DNA of 64,000 bases from Macrostomum hystrix (Eukaryota > Animalia > Platyhelminthes). This document shows, piece by piece, positions 26,440 to 38,744 of this stretch; within the stretch, counting starts at the first letter, position 1; each line of letters opens with the position of its first letter. Below the pieces are notes generated by a model. It ran no database searches and had not been told where the DNA came from. It saw only the letters and a list, made by a program, of their open reading frames with translations. The stretch lies in NCBI GenBank assembly GCA_950097015.1, contig CATNEN010000012.1:930001-994000 (forward strand), written 5' to 3'. The position numbers were made by a program, and so were the translations under genes.

Positions 26440-27215
26440 GATAGGGTCGACAAAATGAGGTGGTGGGTGCAAACGACAGGGTCGAGAAAATGAGGTGGTG
26501 GGTGCAAATGACAGGGTCGAGAAAATGAGGTGGTGGGTGCAACTGATGGAGTAGAGAAAATGAGGTGGTGGGTGCAGTGCAAATGACAGGGTCGAGAAAA
26601 TGAGGTGGTGGGTGCAACTGATGGAGTAGAGAAAATGAGGTGGTGGGTGCAGTGCAAATGACAGGGTCGAGAAAATGAGGTGGTGGGTGCAACTGATGGA
26701 GTAGGGAAAATGAGGTGGTGGGTGCAGTGCAAATGACAGGGTCGAGAAAATGAGGTGGTGGGTGCCACTGATGGAGTAGGGAAAATGAGGTGGTGGGTGC
26801 AGTGCAAATGACAGGGTCGAGAAAATGAGGTGGTGGGTGCCACTGATGGAGTAGGGAAAATGAGGTGGTGGGTGCAGTGCAAATGACAGGGTCGAGAAAA
26901 TGAGGTGTTGGGTGCAACTGACGGAGTAGAGAAAATGAGGTTGTGGGTGCAACTGATGGAGTAGGGAAAATGAGGTGGTGGGTGCAGTGCAAATGACAGG
27001 GTCGAGAAAATGAGGTGGTGGGTGCCACTGATGGAGTAGGGAAAATGAGGTGGTGGATGCAGTGCAAATGACAGGGTCGAGAAAATGAGGTGGTGGGTGC
27101 CACTGATAGAGTAGGGAAAATGAGGTGGTGGGTGCAGTGCAAATGACAGGGTCGAGAAAATGAGGTGTTGGGTGCAACTGACGGAGTAGAGAAAATGAGG
27201 TGGTGGGTGCAAGTG
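26440..27215. repeat. Composite 35+40-bp (75-bp) minisatellite with core AAAATGAGGTGGTGGGTGCA
   Basis: Alternating units read directly; gives a 25-aa period in the - strand ORFs. Confidence 0.93.
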
Positions 27216-27699
27216 GATGAGTGCAAGTGGAAGAGAAGTTTGAGGTTGTGGTTGCAGTGGCTTTTTGCGGGTTTTTTTTATATTCGTTTCAAAAGTGACC
27301 AATCATAATTTTTAATTTAATTTTGCGGTTGCACAGTTTAATTTGTAATGCGCAATTTATTCCTGAAGTGGTTTTAATACGAGTATTCGATGCTTTCAGC
27401 ACCAATATGTTGATGCTAACAGAATCGGTGCTATTGTAAAACAATAAACTGAAATATATTTTTACGGTACTTTGTTTTTTTTAACAATCGTTAGTGCTTC
27501 CAATAAAACAGATTACCATTTACTGTCACTACTGCTTTTCAGTAGTTACGTTGTGCCAGTTACTTTGTTTAATTCTGTGCTTTTATTTAACTCGTGGAAT
27601 GTCAAAGTGGGTGCTTCTTGAATGAAACATATTTCTTTCTGCTATTCACTTGAATAACCATGCAAAATGAGTTTCTTGCACACATTAACAGTAGTCATG

Positions 27700-28835
27700 T
27701 GTCCGAAGCTTTTGCTATGCCAGAATCGTCCCAAGCTTTTCCTATGCCAGAATCGTCGCAAGCTTTTCCTATGCCAGAATCGTCCGAAGCTTTTCCCATT
27801 CCAGAATCGTCCCAAGCTTTTCCTATGCCAGAATCGTCCGAAGCTTTTGCTATGCCAGAATCGTCCGAAGCTTTTCCCATGCCAGAATCGTCCGAAGCTT
27901 TTCCCATGCCAGAATCGTCCGAAGCTTTTACTATGCCAGAATCGTCCGAAGCTTTTCCCATGCCAGAATCGTCCGAAGCTTTTCCCATGCCAGAATCGTC
28001 CGAAGCTTTTCCCATGCCAGAATCGTCCGTAGCTTTTCCCATGCCAGAATCGTCCGTAGCTTTTCCTATGCCAGAATCGTCTGAAGCTTTTCCTATGCCA
28101 GAATCGTCCCAAGCTTTTCCTATGCCAGAATCGTCCGTAGCTTTTCCCATGCCAGAATCGTCCGAAGCTTTTGCTATGCCTGAATCGTCCGAAGCTTTTC
28201 CCATCCCAGAATCGTCCCAAGCTTTTCCCATGCCAGAATCGTCCGAAGCTTTTCCTATGCCAGAATCGTCCGAAGCTTTTCCCATGCCAGAATCGTCCGA
28301 AGCTTTTCCCATGCCAGAATCGTCCCAAGCTTTTCCCATGCCAGAATCGTCCGAAGCTTTTCCTATGCCAGAATCGTCAGAAGCTTTTCCCATGCCAGAA
28401 TCGTCCCAAGCTTTTCCTATGCCAGAATCGTCCCAAGCTTTTCCCATTCCAGAATCGTCCGAAGCTTTTCCCATTCCAGAATCGTCCCAAGCTTTTCCTA
28501 TGCCAGAATCGTCGCAAGCTTTTCCTATGCCAGAATCGTCCGAAGCTTTTCTCATTCCAGAATCGTCCCAAGCTTTTCCTATGCCAGAACCGTCCGAAGC
28601 TTTTCCCATGCCAGAATCGTCTGAAGCTTTTCCCATGCCAGAATCGTCCCAAGCTTTTCCCATGCCAGAATCGTCCGAAGCTTTTCCTATGCCAGAATCG
28701 TCCCAAGCTTTTGCTATGCCAGAATCGTCCCAAGCTTTTGCTATGCCAGAATCGTCCGAAGCTTTTGCTATGCCAGAATCGTCCGAAGCTTTTCCCATGC
28801 CAGAATCGTCCCAAGCTTTTCCCATGCCAGAATCA
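27700..28835. repeat. 27-bp minisatellite (GCTTTTCCCATGCCAGAATCGTCCGAA)n, about 42 copies
   Basis: Read directly; gives a 9-aa period (AFPMPESSE) in the ORFs. Confidence 0.96.
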
Positions 28836-29257
28836 CCATGCAGAATCCCAAGCTTTATCACTGCTTGAGGTTGCACAGCCAGTCGGTTATGCCTGTGGCC
28901 TCTGCTATTATTTACCACGAATGAGCTTAATTTGGCCATTAGATGCTGTGACTAATTTTAAAAACGATAGGATAAATATTTCCAATTGTCTCTGCGAAAT
29001 TTTGGCCCACAGTATTAGCTTCATATCCGTTCCATTTTAGCATCGCTGCAAGATTCTTAACTATCTGGCAATCTCGCCACAAGGCGGACAGTCTGTTTAG
29101 GTTTTGAAAGTTTGTCACTGCAAAAAGCAATTCCATTTATTACTAGCTTTGCAGACAAATTTGCTGCCTGGATAAAGTAAATTGACCCAAGAAACTATGC
29201 TGCTTGTGAATCAGTCTTGAATGAAGTTTACGGATTAAAAAATTATATCTATCATTA

Positions 29258-29520
29258 GATGTGCGGGTGTAACGCGTCTAACGCGTTTGCCTCTCGCACC
29301 AAGGTCCCTGAGCTCGATTCCGCGGCGAGGCCACATTCAATTGGGGCGCAGCCGCGGAGAGAAGGCTTGGGGGCTTGTCGTGCAATTTACGCCCTTGAGG
29401 GCCAACCTCCGAGGCACAGTGAGAGTGTACACTGCCTGACGATGAGATGACAGGGCAGTTGTACACACCTGTGTGAGCGTGTGCTCAGGAGTCAGCGAAA
29501 TCGGCAGAATTGCCTCCTAT
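29258..29520 (+). other. tRNA-headed structured element (candidate second SINE family or Pol III RNA)
   Basis: tRNA-like head with B-box-like GAGCTCGATTCC; 38/41 nt identical to the reverse complement of 53840-53880; long hairpin at 29414-29474. Confidence 0.5.
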
Positions 29521-29547
29521 ATAATGGGTAGGTGGGGATAATACAGA

Positions 29548-30015
29548 TAGGATGAGAGAGGAGAGGTGGGGATGAGACCTATGGGATGAGAGAGGAGAGG
29601 TGGGGATGAGACCTATGGGATGAGAGAGGAGAGCTGGGGATGAGACCTATGGGATGAGAGAGGAGAGCTGGGGATGAGACCTATGGGATGAGAGAGGAGA
29701 GCTGGGGATGAGACCTATGGGATGAGAGAGGAGAACTGGGGATGAGACCTATGGGATGAGAGAGGAGAGCTGGGGATGAGACCTATGGGATGAGAGAGGA
29801 GAGCTGGGGATGAGACCTATGGGATGAGAGAGGAGAGCTGGGGATGAGACCTATGGGATGAGAGAGGAGAGCTGGGGATGAGACCTATGGGATGAGAGAG
29901 GAGAGCTGGGGATGAGACCTATGGGATGAGAGAGGAGAGCTGGGGATGAGACCTATGGGATGAGAGAGGAGAGCTGGGGATGAGACCTATGGGATGAGAG
30001 AGGAGAGCTGGGGAT
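29548..30015. repeat. 34-bp minisatellite (GGGATGAGACCTATGGGATGAGAGAGGAGAGCTG)n, about 13 copies
   Basis: Read directly. Confidence 0.95.
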
Positions 30016-30613
30016 AGATTCTGCTACTCGATCTGTTGAAAAGTAAGTCGAGACGAGACTTCGAATGAGTACAATAGAATTGAAATATCTTTTTAATTAA
30101 ATGTTGACTTCCATTCTCGCAGCTTTGCCAAGCTCTGAGTATATTTTCTAGTATTACTGTCAATCTTTAATTTGTCCCTTAATGGCACATTCAAAGCTTC
30201 TAGATGGCCGGATATGAAGGCCATCTGAAATTCCTTTTTGAATTGAACACAAAAGCGAATCGCAAACATTCCTTAAACTAATAGAGCCAACAGAAAATTA
30301 TTGTCAAATGAGCGCAATAAATGCTGTACAACACTCACAGTTTAGGGCTTAACAAAAGATTAGTCTACAAATTGAGTCAGACAGCTTAGGTCTAAATAAT
30401 GGCAATCAAAATGTAGGTAAAAAAGACAAAGAAAGAGAGAACACGATGGGCTATCTGCATGCTTTTTAGTTCGGGGAAACGGCGCCAAAGGTTGCAAATA
30501 GGACAGCTCTACGGCTTTTGGTAATAAACTATTTTAGAATCTAAAAAGAAATAAGAGTTTTAGATTCAGATAGCTGCAATTTGTTACAGCAAATAACGCT
30601 GCTGATTGACCTG

Positions 30614-30738
30614 TCAGATGGAGTCCGTTGCGTTTTGTCTCCTGCTGCTGGTCAAACTGCACTCCAGACTCTGCAGCCTCTGCAGAATCTCCATCATCTG
30701 CTGCTGATTGATGGGGTCCGAAGACGGAGTTTGCGCCA

Positions 30739-30769
<31 letters not shown>

Positions 30770-33700
30770 GCTTTCCACTTGGGCCATCAGTTGCTTCTTC
30801 TCTTGCTCATTGTACCGCAATCTTGCCTCTGTGGCCTGAAGCTGACGCTTAGTTTCAGCGAGTTCTCGCTGCAACTTCTGCAACTCCGTCTCCGTGCTGA
30901 CTGGACTTGCCTGCTGATGCTGCTGCTGTTGCTGCTGCTGCAGCTGTTGCTGACTGCTGCGATGGTACTGCTGCAGCTGAGATGGACCCTGCGTGGCTCT
31001 GAAGTAAAAAAACAACTCACTGTCTACTCAGACTACTCACTGTATGCTCAAACTGCTCACTGTGTGCTCAAACTGCTCACTGTGTGCTCAAACTACTCAC
31101 TGTGTACTCAGACTACTTACTGTCTGCTCAAACTACTCCACTGTCTACCCAGACACTCCACTGTCTACCCAGACACTCCACTGCCTACTCAGACACTCCA
31201 CTGTCTACCCAGACACTCCACTGTCTACCCAGACACTCCACTGTCTACCCAGACACTCCACTGTCTACCCAGACACTCCACTGCCTACACAGACACTGCA
31301 CTGCCTACTCAGACACTCCACTGTCTACCCAGACACTCCACTGCCTACCCAGACACTCCACTGTCTGCTCAGATTCCCCGCGCACGGCATGCTTACCTGA
31401 GCCCCATCCGAACACGCTGCTGCTGCTGCTGCTGCTGCTGTTGCATCATTAACGAGTCGTCGCTGCCTGCGCCACCGCCGACACGGCCGCCAAATAATAG
31501 CACGGCTCCGGGTTCCAGCGACCGAGTCTTCTGTCGCATCGCCTCAGTGTCCATCGCTGTCCAGTCGATAGGAGACGACGCCGCCTGCGATGCCTGCGAT
31601 GCAACCTCCCGTCTCGTCGGCGGCAGCTGACGCTGCGGCGGCCGACCCATCGACGACGCCTCAGAGCTGGCCATCTCGGACGAGGATCCGCCGCCGCCGC
31701 CGGCGTCACTGTTGCGTTGCCTCGGCGGACTGTCGAGCGGATCTTCGTCCTCTCCGTCCGCCTCGCCGCCCTCGTAGTCGTCGTCACCCAGACTGTTGCG
31801 AATGTTGTCGGAGCTGCCCGAGCTCATACGCGACTGGGAGTAAAGCGGCGGCAGGCAGCCACCCTTCTGGTACGTGGGGTTGAAAAACTGCACAGGAGAG
31901 GCCGCCGTGAAGCTCTGGTAGCCGCTGCTGCCTGTGGTGGAGGCCGCTGCGCCGGCGGTCACTGAGGTGCCGCCGGGCCCGCAGACGCCGCCGACGCCGC
32001 CGCCAACGGTGCCGCCGCTGCTGATATTTGTGTTGACGCTGCTCGCTATTCCTGCCACTGCTGAGCCACCCGAAGTTAACGCGGCTGCGGCTGCGAAAGT
32101 GTTGGCCTCTTCAAGCATCTTCTTCCAGTCTTCCTGGATGCTCACCTGTTGCCTCACCTGCTGATAGCTAGAAGGAGCCGGATAATGGTGCTGGTGCTGA
32201 TATTGCTGCTGGAAAGTGAGCGGATTGTCCGGGGGCCACTTTGGTGGCTGCTGCTGAGACTGCGGCGGCGGTGAGGGCTCCGCAACATTGCTGTACACCC
32301 AATCATCGTCTTGAACTACTGCAGCAACAGAGGCGGCGGTGGAAGCAGCGGAGGAGGCTATGGCAGCGGTGCCCGGAGTGGCATAGCCGCCGTGCCTGAG
32401 ACAATGCGACAGAGCCGTCAAGTGACCCGACAGAGCGGCCAGGCACGGCTCCTGCTGCTGCTGCTGCTGCTGGTCGGCGCAAACGGTGCTAAGCAGCAGG
32501 TGCAGCTGCGCCAGCTCGCAGCCCAGGTCGATGCCAGGCGGAGCCTCGGGCTGCTGGCTGGGCTTGGACGCCGCCTTCAGGAACAGCCGCATCTCGGTGG
32601 AGCGCTCTTCAAGGAAGCGATTCATGAACTGCATGTAGGCCTCCTTGGAGCCGTACAGGGCGCCGTTGGCCAGGTTCTGCACAGTCTTGGCTATGAGCGT
32701 CAGGGAGCGGGCAGCCCGCTGACTGGGCAGCTCTTGTGTCAGGTTGAACAGCGTGGGGCCCAGGATTGCCGGGCAGATGAAGCGCAGGAAGAGGCTGGCG
32801 CTCACCAGGGTGTCTCCCAGCTCCTGACGGCGCGACTCGGCGAGGCGCTGGCGAATCAGAGCGAAGAGGCGGCCGATTTCAGGCGGCACGGCTGACGCGG
32901 AGAGCTGCAGTCGAATCCAGAACAGGTCCACGAACTCGCGAAGTCGGCGCTGATTGCCAGCCAGAGTGTCGGCGGATTCAACCCGCTGCGGATCCACCTC
33001 GCACTGCGGGTCGTCGCGGAGCAGGATGCTGAGCGGCTCGGACAGGACCCGGCGCAGGTAGTCGCTGCCGACCAGTTTCAGGAAGAATTCCACGGCTTTG
33101 GTTGCTATGCTGTTGCCGCGGAACACCAGCAGATCGTTGGCCGACACCGCCAACTCCTGCATCACAAGGCCGGCCAGCAGCTCCTGGGCGCGGCCGTCGG
33201 CGTGCGCCACAGAGACGAGGCGCGCGGCCAGCTCCTCCTTGTCCCGGAGGCTGAGGCGCGGCTCCAAGGCTGCCACCAGCTGCTCGGCCTGCTGCATGAG
33301 GCAGCGGTGGAAGCCGCGGTAGCACTGCAGCGGCAGCACGTCGATGCTATTGTAGTGCGATCTGAGCCGGATGCATGGCAACTGTTGCTGGGTGAGCTGT
33401 TGCTGCTGCTGTTGCTGCTGTTGCTGAGGCGTTGCGATGGTGTGCCACTGCTCAAGCGCCGAGCCGATGTCGTGCACCGGCAGGCGCACCTCGCCAATCA
33501 ATTGATTCTTGTCTTTTTTCTTCTTTTTGTCTGCCTCGCGAAACAATTTCACGGTGACCAAAGCAATGTCCTGCAGGTTGCTGCAACAAAAATTTCATTG
33601 TAAAGAATCTTCCCAAATGCACTTTTCCAAATTTCAGAATGTTCCCAATTAAAAAATCATTCCAATTTCAGAATCTTCCCAATATCAGAATCTTCCCAAT

Positions 33701-36700
33701 TCCAGAATCTTCCCAATTTCAAAATCTACCCCGATTTCAGAATCTTCCCAATTTCAGAATCTTCCCAATTTCAAAATCTTCCCAACTTCAAAATCTTCCC
33801 AATTTCAAAATCTTCCCAACTTCAAAATCTTCCCAATTTCAGAATCTTCCCAACTTCAAAATCTTCCCAATTTCAGAATCTTACCAACTTCAAAATCTTC
33901 CCAATTTCAAAATCTTCCCAATTTCAGAATCTTCCCAATTTCAGAATCTTCCCAACTTCAAAATCTTCCCAACTTCAAAATCTTCCCAATTTCAGAATCT
34001 TCCCAACTTCAAAATCTTCCCAATTTCAAAATCTTCCCAATTTCAGAATCTTCCCCATTTCAAAATCTTTGCCGATTTCTCACCTGAACTCAAACGGCTC
34101 GCCCCAGAAGGGGTCAGAATCAGGAGTTTTTTCCTTTGTAGTTGTCCTGGCGTACAGGATGTGATCCAGGCAGATCTCGCAAAAGTACTTCTTCTTTGGC
34201 GGCAGTCTCTTGGCCTCGAAGATCCACAGTTTGAGTGAGTTGTCGCGATGGCGCAGATTCTCCAGGTCTGGTCGGTTCACCTTCTTCAAGCTGTGGGATT
34301 TCGGGCGGTGAAATGCGGTATTTAGTGCTGATAATCGAATATACGAGATAATTGTCTGCGCGATACACAGGTCCCATCTCCAGATCTCCCATCTCCCATG
34401 AGATCTTCGAATTGAGAGATGAGATCTTCGAATTGAGAGATGAGATCTTCGAATTGAGAGATGAGATCTTCGAATTGAGAGATGAGATCTTCGAATTGAG
34501 AGATGAGATCTTCGAATTGAGAGATGAGATCTTCGAATTGAGACATGAGATCTTCGAATTGAGACATGAGATCTTCGAATTGAGAGATGAGATCTTCGAA
34601 TTGAGACATGAGATCTTCGAATTGAGAGATGAGATCTTCGAATTGAGAGATGAGATCTTCGAATTGAGAGATGAGATCTTCGAATTGAGACATGAGATCT
34701 TCGAATTGAGACATGAGATCTTCGAATTGAGACATGAGATCTTCGAATTGAGACATGAGATCTTCGAATTGAGACATGAGATCTTCGAATTGTGACATGA
34801 GATCTTCGAATTGAGACATGAGATCTTCGAATTGAGACATGAGATCTTCGAATTGAGACATGAGATCTTCGAATTGAGACATGAGATCTTCGAATTGTGA
34901 CATGAGATCTTCGAATTGAGACATGAGATCTTCGAATTGAGACATGAGATCTTCGAATTGAGACATGAGATCTTCGAATTGAGAGATGAGATCTTCGAAT
35001 TGAGACATGAGATCTTCGAATTGAGACATGAGATCTTCGAATTGAGAGATGAGATCTTCGAATTGAGAGATGAGATCTTCGAATTGAGACATGAGATCTT
35101 CAAATTGAGAGATGAGATCTTCGAATTGAGAGATGAGATCTTCGAATTGAGACATGAGATCTTCGAATTGAGACATGAGATCTTCGAATTGAGAGATGAG
35201 ATCTTCGAATTGAGAGATGAGATCTTCGAATTGAGACATGAGATCTTCGAATTGAGACATGAGATCTTCGAATTGAGAGATGAGATCTTCGAATTGAGAG
35301 ATGAGATCTTCGAATTGAGACATGAGATCTTCGAATTGAGAGATGAGATCTTCGAATTGAGAGATGAGATCTTCGAATTGAGACATGAGATCTTCGAATT
35401 GAGACATGAGATCTTCGAATTGAGAGATGAGATCTTCGAATTGAGACATGAGATCTTCGAATTGAGACATGAGATCTTCGAATTGAGAGATGAGATCTTC
35501 GAATTGAGAGATGAGATCTTCGAATTGAGACATGAGATCTTCGAATTGAGACATGAGATCTTCGAATTGAGAGATGAGATCTTCGAATTGAGACATGAGA
35601 TCTTCGAATTGAGAGATGAGATCTTCGAATTGAGACATGAGATCTTCGAATTGAGAGATGAGATCTTCGAATTGAGACATGAGATCTTCGAATTGTGACA
35701 TGAGATCTTCGAATTGAGACATGAGATCTTCGAATTGAGACATGAGATCTTCGAATTGAGAGATGAGATCTTCGAATTGAGAGATGAGATCTTCGAATTG
35801 AGAGATGAGATCTTCGAATTGAGAGATGAGATCTTCGAATTGAGACATGAGATCTTCGAATTGAGAGATGAGATCTTCGAATTGAGACATGAGATCTTCG
35901 AATTGAGAGATGAGATCTTCGAATTGAGAGATGAGATCTTCGAATTGAGACATGAGATCTTCGAATTGAGAGATGAGATCTTCGAATTGAGACATGAGAT
36001 CTTCGAATTGAGACATGAGATCTTCGAATTGAGACATGAGATCTTCGAATTGAGACATGAGATAATTATGTAATGAGATAATGTCTGCATATTTGAAAGG
36101 AGGAAATGGTCAAGAAATATACAGTCGCACATCAGTGATCCGGTCCAAATTTTGCTAGAGCAGCCGCCGCCACCGCCGCCGTTGGTTGCCATGGCTTAGT
36201 GCAAATTTAAACTTTCGCACAGAAAGCAAGGCCGCCACAGAGTGAAATCTAGCTCAGCATTTTCGGTGTCAACTGACTCCTCTTGCCTGTTGTTCTATCG
36301 TTCGATTTGCTCAGCTTATTGACTAAATTTCAGGCGATAGTAAATCTAAAGAACACCAACTGGTCTTTCTTTAGGAAACTCTTTTAGCCGAGCCTGTCTC
36401 CTGCTCTCTTGACTCTGTAAGTGTTGGCTGTGGTCTACGCTAAGTCCAGATATGCTGCTGTGCTAGCCCCTTCAATACGGTTGCCAGAAGCCACCTTTCC
36501 TGACTGACTGCAGGGCGACTATCCGAGTGGGTCAGAGAGGGAAGAGAGGAGAAAGAGAGGGTATGGCTTAGAGAGAGGAGGAGGGGTGGGTGGCACCCGC
36601 CAGCCAGTGCGGTTGGTGCCAATGTACTTTAACTAGAAATATGCAAACAGATTCTAATACACAGAAATGTGCAGCCTGACCTCACTCGAACCAACCAACC

Positions 36701-38698
36701 CCACCAAAGCACAGAGGAAGCCCAATGGCTTTCTGCCCCCCATCCGACCAGGAAACAATTTATGCAGTGAAATTCCCCCCTCCAGAAGGACTATACACGC
36801 GACAGTCTGTGTCTGTCTCCCAGTTCAGCCCAAACCAGTCACTTTCTCTCATTCTCTCTCCATCTTACCTTCCCGACGCAACAGGTGTTGGTCTGTAACT
36901 TTTATAACATTCAAACATGGCTGTGCAGATAATTTCTCGTGTACTTTACACAAAAATTACAGCCGTTTAGAAATGATGCCGTCTTTTTCTAAAACTTACC
37001 CGTTAGAAAATTGCTGCTGCTGTTGCTGAGGTAGCGGCGCAATCAGAGACTCGTGAGAAAGGGCAGTCCGCATCGGCGCTCCACTGAAAATTTGTCAGTC
37101 AATGAGTATATGCTGCCAATTAGACAGAAACATGTAAATCTACTATTTTCAGATTCAAGTCTACAGATTCTAGGACCCAGTCTACAGATTCTAGGACCCA
37201 GTCTACAGATTCTAAGACCCAGTATACAGATTAGTTCTCATAGCTGAATCTCAAGCTGCTATTTTACTGTTCTGTGTCACTCAATAGGTCACTCCACAAT
37301 AGTCAGACTCTTCAATGCTAGACGAACCGAAAGCAGTCGCAAATAAGCTGCAATTTTTACTGTACCAAAAGCAACGAGAGTTTTTCGAGTCTCCATATTG
37401 TTCTCTCGCCTTTCCCATGGCTGTGAGGCACGCTGAGATTTTATTTCCCACCCAACCTTCCAGTTGCAAATTATTTGGCATTGGACAGTAGAGAGGCTAG
37501 CACACTTCAAACAATACCATGCTTTACCTGCGAAATAGCGTTCAGATCTACTTTAAGTAGACTAGCTTGATTATCATGCCTTTGTGACACTCTCTTGTGT
37601 ATGCGTCATTGGGTGGTGTAGCAAGGGGTTTGTAGCAGAGAAGACAGAGGGGAGAAAAATGACAGACAGGAAATAGAGGGCGGGTGAGACAGGGTAGAGA
37701 GCGGATGTTACAGGGTAGAGAGCGGATGTTACAGGGTAGAGAGTGGATGTTACACAGGGTAGAGAGCGGAGAAGACAGGGTAGAGAGCGGAGAAGACGGG
37801 GTAGAGAGTGGAGAAAACAGGGTAGAGAGCGGAGAAGACGGGGTAGAGAGTGGAGAAGACGGGGTAGAGAGTGGAGAAGACAGGGTAGAGAGCGGAGAAG
37901 ACAGGGTAGAGAGCGGAGAAGACGGGGTAGAGAGTGGAGAAGACGGGGTAGAGAGTGGAGAAGACGGGGTAGAGAGCGGAGAAGACAGGGTAGAGAGCGG
38001 AGAAGACAGGGTAGAGAGCGGAGAAGACGGGGTAGAGAGCGGAGAAGACGGGGTAGAGAGCGGAGAAGACAGGGTAGAGAGGGGAGAAGACAGGGTAGAG
38101 AGCGGAGAAGACGGGGTAGAGAGCGGAGAAGACGGGGTAGAGAGCGGAGAAGACGGGGTAGAGAGCGGAGAAGACGGGGTAGAGAGTGGAGAAGACAGGG
38201 TAGAGAGCGGAGAAGACGGGGTAGAGAGCGGAGAAGACGGGGTAGAGAGCGGAGAAGACGGGGTAGAGAGCGGAGAAGACGAGGTAGAGAGCGGAGAAGA
38301 CAGGGTAGAGCGGAGAAGAAGAGGCAGGCAGGTAGCGGCACTCACAAGTCAGGCACAGGAAGGTAGTTGGGCCTGTACGAGTGTGCCTCAGCGGTGCCGG
38401 GTTCGATGCGGAAGCTGCCTCCGACGCCGCCAGCACCGATGGGCAGGCAGCTGCTGGCGACCCGATCTGAAGCTGACGAAGCCGGCGACACGCCACCACC
38501 GCCGAGGCGATGCCGATGGCGCAACGCTGGCTCCTGGCTTTGCTGCTGCTGCTGCATCGGTGGCGGAGGAAGATCAAAGGGACATCCGCCGTGACACCTG
38601 ACTGAAGTAGCAGCCGAGGACAGTTGTTGCTGCTGCAGAGGAGCCGGCGGATGCTGCGGAAGAACTGGACCGGAGCTGACTGACCGAGGAAACTGGCC

Positions 38699-38744
<46 letters not shown>

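Noticed and set aside
29432-29507. Hammerhead ribozyme (CTGACGA at 29436, GAAA at 29497)
   Set aside because: Stem II does not close next to GAAA, and there is no room for stem III or a valid NUH site.
30614-30630. SynGAP-like PDZ-binding C-terminus
   Set aside because: The protein ends ATDSI, which is not the class I S/T-x-V motif of SynGAP alpha1; no claim supported.
30581-33603. Long + strand ORFs (30581-31630, 32311-32895 and others) and alternative - strand frames
   Set aside because: Antisense or frame shadows of the GC- and CAG-rich RasGAP exons.
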